Below, piece by piece: positions 28,082-37,250 of a DNA stretch of 64,000 bases; the first letter of the stretch is position 1, and each line of letters begins with the position of its first letter. The position numbers and the translations under genes are program-made. Under the pieces are notes generated by a model that searched no databases, had not been told where the DNA came from, and worked only from the letters and a program-made list of their open reading frames with translations. Origin of the DNA: Gemmatimonadales bacterium (GTDB taxonomy: Bacteria > Gemmatimonadota > Gemmatimonadetes > Gemmatimonadales > GWC2-71-9); contig JBDIWC010000001.1 in NCBI GenBank assembly GCA_039794085.1, positions 96,678 to 160,677 on the forward strand, written 5' to 3'.

Positions 28082-28609
28082 TTACGGCACCGCGATCGGA
28101 ATATCCAGCGCCGTCGTGCCCCAGTGGAAACGCAGCGTGGTCTGACGCGGACCGACCACCGGAAAATAGAACGCCATCGTCTCCATGTGTTCCGCCGTGG
28201 TCGTGGCCACCCGGAGCCGCAACGCGTCCTGGGACTCACCCGGGTACGGATCGTGGAAGATCCCGTGGGCCCGGCTCAGGATGAAGTTCCACCGGGCCCG
28301 GCCCGGCTGCAGCCAGATCGTATAGGTCCCGGCCGGAACCGATTCTCCGGCCACCGTCACCGGTGTCGAGAAGGTGATCGCGGTGGCGGTGTCCGCTCCT
28401 GGATTCCAGATCCGATCCCAGGCGATGATTCCGCCAAACAGGGTCCGCCCCCTCGCCACCGGCCGGTTGTAGACAATGGTGATCTCGGTCTCGTTCACGG
28501 TCTGGCTCACCGTGCCGTGCTGGCTGAGGCGCTGGGCGGAGGCATCTCCCGTGGGAAAGACGCCGGCGAGGCCGAGAAAGAAAAGCACCGATCGGAGAGA
28601 GAGCGACAT
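28082..28609 (-). CDS. DUF2911 domain secreted protein
   Basis: YNRP.ARGR.LFGGII.W..IW.PGAD.AT, VPAGTYTIW. Confidence 0.85.
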   Translation of the reverse strand: MSLSLRSVLFFLGLAGVFPTGDASAQRLSQHGTVSQTVNETEITIVYNRPVARGRTLFGGIIAWDRIWNPGADTATAITFSTPVTVAGESVPAGTYTIWLQPGRARWNFILSRAHGIFHDPYPGESQDALRLRVATTTAEHMETMAFYFPVVGPRQTTLRFHWGTTALDIPIAVP

Positions 28610-29229
28610 CAGGACACTCCAGAGGGACGTTCGGTGAGGGGTTGGTCGCCCGCGGTGGGCAATGCAGGCAGTGTACTCGGGTGGCCATCCACCTCGGCGT
28701 CGAGGAGCTCATCCACGCCGGGATACCGGTAGATCACCGGGGCACCGTGCTGGAAGAGGCCGCCGGTGTCCGCCGTGGGGCCGTAGGTGCTGTAGAGCGA
28801 CACGCCGAGAGCCCGCAGGATCATCGTCATCTGACCCCGGTGATGGCTCGTGTGGGCGATGCGCCGCATCAGGATCCACCCCCGGCTCCGGTCGGTATCG
28901 AAGAAGCGGGCCGTCTCCTCAAACCACTCGTCCGAGCACCCCCGGAGCAGCTCGAGTCGGCGCTCGCTGGCCTCGGCGTAGTGCCGGAGGAAGGCGCCGC
29001 GGGATTCCTCGGCCGGGAGTGCTGGGAGGCCGGTGTCGAGCCCCAGCATCTTCGTCATCCAGGTGTCTTCGGACACGCATTGGTGCACCATGTGCTCGTG
29101 AGGAGTCCGTGCCCGTGGTGCGAGCCGGAACTCCAGGTGCTCCTCCGGAACGTGGGACCAGACCGAGAGGGTCTTGAGCCGCTCCGTGGTCCAGGTATCG
29201 ATCAGAATGGCGGCGAGGGACATCGGCAT
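28609..29229 (-). CDS. DinB family protein
   Basis: Start 29229 after GAGGAG RBS; RTPHEHMVHQ, IAHTSHHRGQ metal-binding His motifs. Confidence 0.85.
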   Translation of the reverse strand: MPMSLAAILIDTWTTERLKTLSVWSHVPEEHLEFRLAPRARTPHEHMVHQCVSEDTWMTKMLGLDTGLPALPAEESRGAFLRHYAEASERRLELLRGCSDEWFEETARFFDTDRSRGWILMRRIAHTSHHRGQMTMILRALGVSLYSTYGPTADTGGLFQHGAPVIYRYPGVDELLDAEVDGHPSTLPALPTAGDQPLTERPSGVS

Positions 29230-29342
29230 CTCCTCTCGGTCTCGGAACGGCGCCGGGCGATGGCCACACCGGGAAACGTCCCCAGGGCAGCGGTGGTTTG
29301 CCTGCCCCGACAATATGACCTTCTCCGCGTCGGAGTACAGGG

Positions 29343-30272
29343 TCATTGCTGCGGTGTGGTCGCCCGGACGAACGCCGACCCGAGGCGGCCACCGACCTCG
29401 GCACTGATCCGCCGAGCATCCAGATCGGTGTCGGCCAGCATCGCCTCCACGTCGGCGGCGCTGTAGACCCGGGTGAACTCGAGGCTCGGGTCCGCAAATC
29501 CTGCTTCGGCCAGCCGGTCGAGGAACTCCTGCTCGGAGAGCGCCCCACCGATGCATCCCGCCAGTGCGTCCACGTCGCGTCTCACCTCCGCCGGGAGACA
29601 CCCACGCACCACGATGTCCGACACCGCCAGCCGCCCGCCCGGCTTGAGCACCCGGAACGCTTCGGCGAGCACCCGGCGCTTGTCCCCGGCCAAATTGATC
29701 ACGCAATTGGAGACGATCACATCCACAGAATTCGTGGGCAGGGGGATCGCATCGATCCGCCCCTGGAGAAACTCCACGTTCGTCACTCCTGCCTCCGCGG
29801 CATTCCGTCGGGCGAGGATCACCATCTCCTCCGTCATGTCGAGCCCGATCGCCCTCCCCGTCGGGCCCACCCGCCGGGCCGAGAGGAGCACGTCGATTCC
29901 GCCCCCCGAGCCGAGGTCGAGCACCACCTCACCGGGGTGGAGTGTCACCAGGGCGGTGGGGTTCCCACAACCGAGCGATGCGTGAAAGGCCGCTTCCGGG
30001 AGACTGCCTGCCTCCTCGTCGGAGTAGAGTCCGCGAGTCACGGGGTCGGACCTCCCGCATCCGGGCCCGCAGCAGGTGGTGGGAGCCAGGGTGCGGTCGC
30101 CTCGACCGGTTGTGTTCTCGCCCTCAAGGAAGGTGCGGGCCAGGGCGCCATACCGGGCGGCCACCGCTTCCTGCAGCGACTCGTCACCCTCGATCGGTGT
30201 GGGTTCGACGACCGGTGTGCAGCATCCCCGGGAGGGGGTGGGGGTGGGGGTGGGGGTGGTGTTTGGAGACAT
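29343..30272 (-). CDS. arsM: Arsenite methyltransferase
   Basis: SLGCGNP, VLDLGSGGGID, IVSNCVINL, GCIGGA; N-terminal CC pairs; downstream of arsR. Confidence 0.92.
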   Translation of the reverse strand: MSPNTTPTPTPTPSRGCCTPVVEPTPIEGDESLQEAVAARYGALARTFLEGENTTGRGDRTLAPTTCCGPGCGRSDPVTRGLYSDEEAGSLPEAAFHASLGCGNPTALVTLHPGEVVLDLGSGGGIDVLLSARRVGPTGRAIGLDMTEEMVILARRNAAEAGVTNVEFLQGRIDAIPLPTNSVDVIVSNCVINLAGDKRRVLAEAFRVLKPGGRLAVSDIVVRGCLPAEVRRDVDALAGCIGGALSEQEFLDRLAEAGFADPSLEFTRVYSAADVEAMLADTDLDARRISAEVGGRLGSAFVRATTPQQ

Positions 30273-30286
30273 GATTTCATCCTTTC

Positions 30287-30302
30287 ATCAAGATATCTTG
30301 AT
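30287..30302. promoter_or_regulatory. Putative ArsR operator upstream of arsM
   Basis: Perfect palindrome ATCAAGATATCTTGAT (ATCAA-N6-TTGAT). Confidence 0.7.
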
Positions 30303-30352
30303 ATATCGCGTACACGAAAAGCCGTTCCTCGGTTCCGATCATTGTTCATTGG

Positions 30353-30643
30353 TCACTGTTCATTGGTCATTCCCAAACGGGCCACGAGTTCCTGCAGCCG
30401 GGCGATGGCGCCGTCGGGAATCCGGTAGTACGACCAGCGTCCCTCCTTCCGGTCCACCACGAGCCCCGCCTCCCGGAGCACCCGGAGGTGGAAGGAGAGG
30501 CGCGACTGGCCCGCGCCGAGACAGTCCTGGAGATCGCATACGCAGCGCTCCCCGTGGCGGAGCATCTCCAGAATCCCGATCCGGGTCGGGTCCGACAAGG
30601 CGTGGAAGCGGCGGGCCGCCTCCCGGGCCAGGCGTGAGGTCAT
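30353..30643 (-). CDS. arsR: ArsR/SmtB family repressor
   Basis: ALSDPTR..IL..L..GERCVCDL, QSRLSFHL..L. Confidence 0.92.
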   Translation of the reverse strand: MTSRLAREAARRFHALSDPTRIGILEMLRHGERCVCDLQDCLGAGQSRLSFHLRVLREAGLVVDRKEGRWSYYRIPDGAIARLQELVARLGMTNEQ

Positions 30644-30648
30644 GACCC

Positions 30649-30678
30649 ACAATACATCAATTTATATTGATCTGTCAA
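30649..30678 (-). promoter_or_regulatory. arsR promoter with embedded operator
   Basis: Minus strand TTGACA-N18-TATTGT-N5-ATG; ATCAA-N6-TTGAT at 30656-30671 lies between the boxes. Confidence 0.65.
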
Positions 30679-30760
30679 CTGCCGGAAAACTGCTACCACC
30701 AGGGTAGCGGTCTATTCCCCCTCAAATCTGTATCCCCAAGCATGGGGCTAGAGTGATTCA

Positions 30761-30872
30761 CATCCTGTTCATCCTGTTCATCAATGTCACCTGCTGTTTT
30801 TTCGCATGCGACACTCGGCACCGAGCCGCCGACGTCGGGAATGGGAACATGGATGAACAGGATGAACAGGAT
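30761..30872. repeat. 9-nt-periodic inverted repeat
   Basis: CATCCTGTTCATCCTGTTCATCAATGT ... ACATGGATGAACAGGATGAACAGGAT. Confidence 0.85.
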
Positions 30873-30890
30873 TCGATCTTCTCGGGACCC

Positions 30891-30990
30891 ACCAATCAAG
30901 GCAGGGCGCCCCGAAGACCGGGGCTGCCCTGTTGATTTGATTGTTCACTGTTCACTGTTCATTGTTCATTGATTGATCATTGATCATTGT
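30891..30990. repeat. Hairpin plus heptamer (TGWTCAY) element, copy 1
   Basis: ACCAATCAAGGCAGGGCGCCCCG-AAGAC-CGGGGCTGCCCTGTTGATT followed by a heptamer array; a related copy starts at 34653. Confidence 0.8.
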
Positions 30991-30992
30991 CC

Positions 30993-31826
30993 CTACCGCG
31001 TCCACATCGACAGCACCCCGCAGTCCGACCCCATCGCATTGAACTCGGGCGGAATCTCCGCAGCGGTTCGGTATACTTCGATCGCTGCCATCTGGTTCAG
31101 GGCAAAGTCATCGAGATTGGGCGGTCTGGACATGCTGTTGGCGTTCCAGATCATGGCGCCGTCGAGATAAACCGACATGTAGCAGGCGAGCGGGGTCCCC
31201 TTCCGCGCCTCTTGCTCAGCCAACGTGGGTTTCACGAACGACAGGTTGCGGTTTCGTGCCGTTCCCGACGCGGCGGCGACGCCGGCCCGGTCGTCGAACC
31301 GGACCAGGTGAATGCCCTGCACCCGGCGCAGGATGTCCCGGAGGGCGCGATTCTCGTTGTCCCGAAGGAAGGCCTCATCGAAGAAGGTTCCCCGACCCTT
31401 TTCCCGCCGCGCGGCCCATCGCTCCAGTTTCTTCGGCACCGGGGTCATGCCCCGGGCCGTCACCTCGATCGTCGGGAGCACCACCTCGGAGGGAGCCATC
31501 CGGACCTCCAGGGTCACCGTGTCCGCCATCAGCGTGCGCATCACATCCAGCGGCTGGTACCCGATCTTCCGGACCAGGATCCGGCGCGATCCCCCCGCCA
31601 CATTGGTGAGGCTGAAATGTCCGCTGCTGTCGGTGAGCACACTCTTGCCGAGCGACGGGAACGCCACCTCCACCCCGGCGATCCCCGCGTCGGTCGTGTC
31701 CACCACCCGTCCTTGGACCACGTGCTGGCCCGCGAGCACCCCGCCGGGGACCACGGAGAGAACCAAAGCCCCGAGCATGGTACGCAGAGTGCCGGCCGTG
31801 GGGAGTAAATAGTTCAAACGCATCAT
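30993..31826 (-). CDS. Secreted carboxypeptidase-regulatory-like domain plus TonB plug-like domain, no barrel (paralogue A)
   Basis: V.GRVVD...G.AGVEV, TDSSG.F.L, VRKIGY.P, VYLDG, AAIEVY, CGVL..WTR. Confidence 0.8.
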   Translation of the reverse strand: MMRLNYLLPTAGTLRTMLGALVLSVVPGGVLAGQHVVQGRVVDTTDAGIAGVEVAFPSLGKSVLTDSSGHFSLTNVAGGSRRILVRKIGYQPLDVMRTLMADTVTLEVRMAPSEVVLPTIEVTARGMTPVPKKLERWAARREKGRGTFFDEAFLRDNENRALRDILRRVQGIHLVRFDDRAGVAAASGTARNRNLSFVKPTLAEQEARKGTPLACYMSVYLDGAMIWNANSMSRPPNLDDFALNQMAAIEVYRTAAEIPPEFNAMGSDCGVLSMWTR

Positions 31827-32006
31827 GACCTCCTGTTACCAGAGTACCAAGCATCACCCGCTGTCCGGGATCGTGGAACCCGCTAAAAGGATAGGGCAGG
31901 CAACCCGGCCAGTCAGAACAGAGAACACCGATCCCTCCAAGAACTGGGGACGATTGTCTCTGTCAACCCGTGCACACCCGATCCGCGACGGACCACGACA
32001 CGACCC

Positions 32007-32636
32007 TCAGTGCGAGACAGGCTCGATCGAGGACTCCCCGCGTTGATCACGCTCCGACGCGGCTAGGAGTGAGGGAAGCCGCTCCGCCAAGGCTCCGATC
32101 GCAACGACCCCCACCGCGGACTCGACCAGAATCTGTTGGGCAACGCGGAGCCTGCCATCGACAAGGTGGATATCTCGCTTGATGACCGCCAACTGCGGGA
32201 GCGCGGGCCTGGTCAGGCCATCATCCCATACAAAGTGAACAATCCCAGTATTCAACCAGTGACCTCCGGCGAGCAGTTCATCGAAGTGCCCCAAGCGGTT
32301 CAGCCACCCGATTCCTTCCCTCGCGTCGCGGTCGACGGCTATCCCCGTCAAAGTCAGATTCTGGCGGCTACTCCGCGCCCTGAACGACTCGATTTTCCGC
32401 ACCGCGCGTCCGAGACGCTCATCATTGGCCCCGTTGCACCAAGTAGCGCCCAATACGACAACGACGAATTCGCTGATAGAGGAGTCTTGGGACGCCGAAA
32501 CAAAACTGGTTAAATCAGCCTCCGTGACCAGTCTCGTCGGTCCCGTTGGACGTAACCCCATGAATCCTCGGTACCCAAAGAATCCAGCTAGAACGGCCAG
32601 CAGAGTAACAATCGCGGCCCCGGGCACCCGAATCAT
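32007..32636 (-). CDS. Membrane-anchored thioredoxin-fold-like protein with a single Cys
   Basis: N-terminal TM helix; VVVLGATWCNGA, LTGIAVD, ALPQLAVI; low-GC DNA. Confidence 0.55.
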   Translation of the reverse strand: MIRVPGAAIVTLLAVLAGFFGYRGFMGLRPTGPTRLVTEADLTSFVSASQDSSISEFVVVVLGATWCNGANDERLGRAVRKIESFRARSSRQNLTLTGIAVDRDAREGIGWLNRLGHFDELLAGGHWLNTGIVHFVWDDGLTRPALPQLAVIKRDIHLVDGRLRVAQQILVESAVGVVAIGALAERLPSLLAASERDQRGESSIEPVSH

Positions 32637-32786
32637 ACTTTTCACAAGTGGTCTTTGCCCTCCGTGACTGAGGTAGACCAAAGTTAGCCCGGCAGTAAAG
32701 AACTGCCAGTTGCTGTGAATGTCACCGCTACAGAACCGTTCTCACGTTCAGTCGAGCACCTGAAGGGGCGCTCCCATTGGATCAGA

Positions 32787-33005
32787 TCAGCATCCGTTAG
32801 AAACGCATTCCTCAAGGGCCGTGATATTGCACGTTATGTTGGGTGCGAACTCACAGCCCTGGCCACCAACACTGCATATCGAGTGGTTGCATTCCTGAAC
32901 TGTGTTCGCCGCGCGTGCTGCCGAAAGCTCCGCAGCTCCGATTCCGGCGATGAGACCGAGAACCACCAGCCCTACAAGCGTAACCACCTTCATCTTGCCG
33001 CGCAT
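32787..33005 (-). CDS. Small secreted cysteine-rich peptide (6 Cys)
   Basis: AGGAGG RBS just upstream of ATG; Sec-type signal; C-x4-C-x6-C-x7-C-x7-C-x4-C ending at the C-terminus. Confidence 0.75.
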   Translation of the reverse strand: MRGKMKVVTLVGLVVLGLIAGIGAAELSAARAANTVQECNHSICSVGGQGCEFAPNITCNITALEECVSNGC

Positions 33006-33269
33006 GCTACCCTCCTGGGTATGAGAAGGATCTCCGTTAGAACAAAGCTCGCATGATTCCGGTCAAGCACACTGCGGTGCTCGGAAGTAAGACCTTGAAC
33101 AACCCCTAGTTGTAAGATTTGCCTTTATGAGCTACGGCAGCACATAATCCCTGCCTTGTCAAGTCAATCGCCAGCCCTCCGCCAGAATCGACGTTTCGAC
33201 TTGCACCCTCCCTTGCTGGTCCATGCCAGAAGCCGAAAAGGCGACGCCCTCTCAATCACTTCGGCGGAC

Positions 33270-34109
33270 CTACCGGGTCCACATCGACAGCACCCCGCAA
33301 TCCGACCCCATCGCATTGAACTCGGGAGGGATCTCCGCGGCGGTGCGGAACACCTCGATCGCCGCCATCTGGTTCAGGGCAAAGTCGTCGAGATTGGGTG
33401 GACGGGCCAGACTGTTGGGACTCCAGATCATGGCGCCGTCCAAGTACACAGCCATATAACAGGCGAGCGGAACACCCTGAGACGCGCGCGGGTTCGGGAC
33501 AAACGACATGTTGCGGTGTCGCGAGGTTCCCGCCGCTGCCGCCACGCCGGCCCGGTCGTCGAACCGGACTAGGTGGATACCCTGCACCTTCCGGAGAATG
33601 TCCCGAAGGGCGCGATTCTCGTTGTCCCGGAGGAAGGCCCCATCGAAGAACGTCCCCCGACCCTGCTCCCGCCGCGCCGCCCATCGCTCCAGTTTCTTCG
33701 GGACAGAGGTCATCCCCCGCGCCGTCACCTCGATCGTCGGGAGCACCACGTCCGAGGGAGCCATCCGGACCTCCAGAGTCACCGTGTCCGCCATCAGCGT
33801 GCGCATCACATCCAACGGCTGGTACCCGATCTTCCGGACCAGGATCCGGCGCGCCCCCCCCGCCACATTGGTGAGCCGGAAATGCCCGCTGCTGTCGGTG
33901 AGCACACTCTTGCTGAGCGACGGGAACGCCACCTCGACCCCCGGGAGCCCGGTGTCGGTCGTGTCCACCACCCGCCCTTGGACCACGTGTTGCGCGCTGA
34001 CCCCTTGGGTGGCCACGAGGAGCAGAAACCCGGTGACCGGGACCAACCATCCCGGGAAAGGGGATCGCCCCGGGACTCCCAAGGCCATGGATCTGGATCG
34101 GTGTGTCAT
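33270..34109 (-). CDS. Secreted carboxypeptidase-regulatory-like domain plus TonB plug-like domain (paralogue B)
   Basis: AGGAGA RBS before ATG 34109; mature region nearly identical to 30993..31826. Confidence 0.8.
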   Translation of the reverse strand: MTHRSRSMALGVPGRSPFPGWLVPVTGFLLLVATQGVSAQHVVQGRVVDTTDTGLPGVEVAFPSLSKSVLTDSSGHFRLTNVAGGARRILVRKIGYQPLDVMRTLMADTVTLEVRMAPSDVVLPTIEVTARGMTSVPKKLERWAARREQGRGTFFDGAFLRDNENRALRDILRKVQGIHLVRFDDRAGVAAAAGTSRHRNMSFVPNPRASQGVPLACYMAVYLDGAMIWSPNSLARPPNLDDFALNQMAAIEVFRTAAEIPPEFNAMGSDCGVLSMWTR

Positions 34110-34265
34110 GATGTCTCCTTCCTGAGCGGAGGGCTCATCAACAAGGGAAGAACCGGCGATGCCCCTCGGGGCACCGGCATCCCTGGCAAGGTACAGGAAA
34201 TATCCGGGAGACGACACCCCGGGCCCCAGTTGCACACCTGGGCCCCCCTACCCCCTCCGCGCGCC

Positions 34266-34514
34266 CTATTCCACTCCCAGGGCGATCCGCAAGGCCACTC
34301 GAAGCTCGACCAGTTTCCGGCGCGAGAGCGCACCGACATAGTTGGTCAGCACCCGCTTGGGAACCAGGATCAACTGGTCGCAGTTGACAAACGAGTCGTG
34401 CTTCAGTCCCTCGTCGACACCCACGGCCACTTCCGTGGACCGCCCGTCCGCATTGCTGTTGACCGGCGCACAGATCACCTTGTCCGCCCGGGGGTCGCAC
34501 AGCGCCTGCCGGCT
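34266..34514 (-). pseudogene. mazF: 5'-truncated PemK/MazF toxin
   Basis: SRQALCD....VICAPV.S......TEV.VG..EGLKHDS.VNCDQL..V.K..L...VG.L; N-terminal residues absent and no antitoxin seen. Confidence 0.75.
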
Positions 34515-34652
34515 GGGAGAATTCCCTTTTTCCCGGGGCTTTCGCCCCGGGCTCGGCGGCGTGGGGCCGTTGACACGGCCGGGTGTTCGTCCCTGTTCTT
34601 GATGGCGCCAGCCACCCCATTGGCCGAGCAAGGCGCGTCAGCCCCGGGAAAC

Positions 34653-34730
34653 ACCAATCAAGGCCGAGCGCCCCGAGGACGCGGGCAGTACTGTTGATTG
34701 ATCATTGATCATTGGTCATTGATCATTGGT
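34653..34730. repeat. Hairpin plus heptamer element, copy 2
   Basis: ACCAATCAAGGCCGAGCGCCCCGAGGACGCGGGCAGTACTGTTGATTG(ATCATTG)n. Confidence 0.75.
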
Positions 34731-34748
34731 CCTACCCCACCCCACCCC

Positions 34749-36302
34749 TCACCCAACCCTGACCCCCTCCACCCGCCTTCCCCGGTCCAGCGTCCGGTAC
34801 TGGATCGCCTCCGCCACATGCGGCGGCGCAATGTCCACCGACTCGGCGAGATCGGCGATGGTCCGGGCAATCTTGAGTATCCGGTGATATGCCCGCGCCG
34901 AGAGGCCGAGCCGGGTCAGGGCGGACCGGAGGAGCTTCTCGGCTTCGGAGGTGACCTGGCAGTGGGTCCGGAGGTCGCGGGAACTCATGTGGGCGTTGGC
35001 GTGGATCCCGGGCCGAGCCTGGAAGCGGCGCCGCTGGCGTTCCCGGGCCCGCTCCACCCGAGCCCGGATCGCGGCACTCGACTCCTCCACCCCGGTGCCG
35101 GCCAGGTCCCGATAGGCCACCGCCGGCACCGCCAGGTGGATGTCGATTCGGTCCATGAGAGGGCCCGACACCCGGGAGAGATACCGCTCCACCTGGATCG
35201 ATCCGCAGCGGCACTCGCGGCTGGTGTCCCCGTGCCAGCCGCAGGGACAGGGGTTCATCGCCGCTGCGAGCATCAGCCTGGCCGGGTAGGTCAGACTCAC
35301 CGCCGCTCGGCTCAGCGTGACCATCCCGTCCTCCAGCGGTTGCCGCAGCACCTCCAGCACCTGCTTGCGGAACTCCGGCAGTTCATCGAGAAAAAGCACC
35401 CCCCCGTGCGCCAGACTCACCTCCCCGGGCCGGGGATTCGACCCGCCCCCGATGAGCCCGGCGTCACTCACAGTATGATGCGGCGCCCGGAAGGGCCGAG
35501 TGGTGCAGAGGGAGCTTCCGGGACGCAGGGTCCCCGCGACGCTGTGGATGCGGGTCGTTTCCAGCGCCTCCTCCAGGGTCATCCCCGGCAGGATGGTGGG
35601 GAGACGGCGCGCCAGCATGGTCTTTCCGGCGCCTGGAGGCCCTATCATCAGAATGTTGTGGGCTCCGGCGGCCGCAATCTCCAGGGCCCTCTTGGCCGCG
35701 GCCTGACCCCGGACGTCGGCAAAGTCCGCGGTGTCGTCCCGGCTGGCCAGCATAAGCGACGCCAGGTCCACCGTCGTGGGAGGAATCGGGTACTCCCCAT
35801 TGAGGTGGGCGCAGACCTCCAGCAACGTGCGCGCTCCATGCACCGTCACCCCATCCACCACCGCCGCCTCCGCCACATTGGCCTGGGGCAGCACGATCCC
35901 CCGGATACCTCCCTTCCGGGCCGCCAGCGCCATCGAGAGGGCTCCCCGGACCGGCCGGAGATCCCCTTCGAGACCGACCTCACCGCAGAGAATCTGATCG
36001 GCCAGGCCCTCTCCCGACACCTGACCACTCGCCACCAGAATCCCGACGGCGATCGGCAGGTCGAACGCCGACCCATCCTTCCGCACATCCGCCGGGGCAA
36101 GGTTGACAGTGATCCGCTTGAGGGGAAAGGTGAGCTTCGCGTTGTGAATCGCGGCATTGACCCGTTCCCGTCCCTCCTTCACCGCCCCGACCGGGAGACC
36201 GACCGTGGAGAACGAGGGAAGGCCGTTGGTGATGTCCACCTCGACATCCACCGGGTAGGCATCGATACCCAGGACTGCGGCTGACCGAACTCGGGCGAGC
36301 AT
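34749..36302 (-). CDS. comM: YifB/ComM Mg-chelatase-like AAA+ ATPase
   Basis: VNLAPAD..KDGS.FDLPIA, GPPGAGKT, PFRAPHHT, LFLDELPEF, AMNPCPCG. Confidence 0.95.
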   Translation of the reverse strand: MLARVRSAAVLGIDAYPVDVEVDITNGLPSFSTVGLPVGAVKEGRERVNAAIHNAKLTFPLKRITVNLAPADVRKDGSAFDLPIAVGILVASGQVSGEGLADQILCGEVGLEGDLRPVRGALSMALAARKGGIRGIVLPQANVAEAAVVDGVTVHGARTLLEVCAHLNGEYPIPPTTVDLASLMLASRDDTADFADVRGQAAAKRALEIAAAGAHNILMIGPPGAGKTMLARRLPTILPGMTLEEALETTRIHSVAGTLRPGSSLCTTRPFRAPHHTVSDAGLIGGGSNPRPGEVSLAHGGVLFLDELPEFRKQVLEVLRQPLEDGMVTLSRAAVSLTYPARLMLAAAMNPCPCGWHGDTSRECRCGSIQVERYLSRVSGPLMDRIDIHLAVPAVAYRDLAGTGVEESSAAIRARVERARERQRRRFQARPGIHANAHMSSRDLRTHCQVTSEAEKLLRSALTRLGLSARAYHRILKIARTIADLAESVDIAPPHVAEAIQYRTLDRGRRVEGVRVG

Positions 36303-36555
36303 GCCACCTCCTTACGAGAAGGTGACATGCTATCGGAAGCGGACTCGGAGGTGACAACCGGAATGACGCCGAGCGGGTCACGAAAACGCGGGTACCTTGA
36401 GGCTGGTCACCCCACACGCGTGGGGCGCCAATACCCGTCTTTCCCGCGAACGCGGGACCTCCCGATCTCGGCGCGCCACGCGTGGAGCGACGGGAATCAT
36501 TCGGAGACCCTCCGTGTCCTCCGCGGCCTCTGCGGTGACCCCGCCCAACACCGGA

Positions 36556-37250
36556 TTGAACCACAGAGAGCACGAAGGACGCAGAGGGATGACGGCTCCC
36601 ACGACACTTCCCGATCTCGCGTGGCGGGCATCGGCAAGGTGGGGTGGCCTTACCCCCCCCCACAAAAAAGCACTTGATCCCAGCCGCCCCAAGCGTGGAG
36701 TTACGGAAATCACGCGGAGACCCTCCGCGACCTCCGTGTTCTCTGTGGTGAGTTCTTCCACCGTCCCGATCCCGACCCCCGGGCATTGGCAGATGGGGGA
36801 GCCCTTCCACCCCTAACGATAAGACCGGGTCCTGGTGCGCAAACCCCGCCTCTCCCCGGTTTGAACCACAGAGAGCACGGAGGACACAGAGGGTTGACGG
36901 CTCCCACGACACTTCCCGATCTCGCGTGGCGGGCATCGGCAAGGTGGGGTGCCCTTCCCCCCCCCACAAAAAAGCACTTGATCCCAGCCGCCCCAAGCGT
37001 GGAGTTACGGAAATCACGCGGAGACCCTCCGCGACCTCCGTGTTCTCTGTGGTGAGTTCTTCCACCGTCCCGATCCCGACCCCCGGGCATTGGCAGATGG
37101 GGGAGCCCTTCCACCCCTAACGATAAGACCGGGTCCTGGTGCGCAAACCCCGCCTCTCCCCGGTTTGAACCACAGAGAGCACGGAGGACACAGAGGGTTG
37201 ACGGCTCCCACGACACCTTCCTCATCTCGCGTGGCGGGCATCGGCAGGGA
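36556..37250. repeat. Tandem repeat with ~304-bp unit (about 2.3 copies), non-coding
   Basis: TTGAACCACAGAGAGCAC recurs at 36556, 36861 and 37165; units nearly identical. Confidence 0.92.

Noticed and set aside
30232..30262. (GGGGGT)n run as a G-quadruplex or contingency repeat
   Set aside because: It is explained by the in-frame Pro-Thr linker at the ArsM N-terminus.
34515..34631. Full-length 121-aa MazF
   Set aside because: The N-terminal part is translated repeat or hairpin DNA without the MazF first strand; treated as a remnant.
36556..37250. Possible CRISPR array
   Set aside because: Whole ~304-bp units repeat; there are no short repeats with unique spacers and no cas genes.
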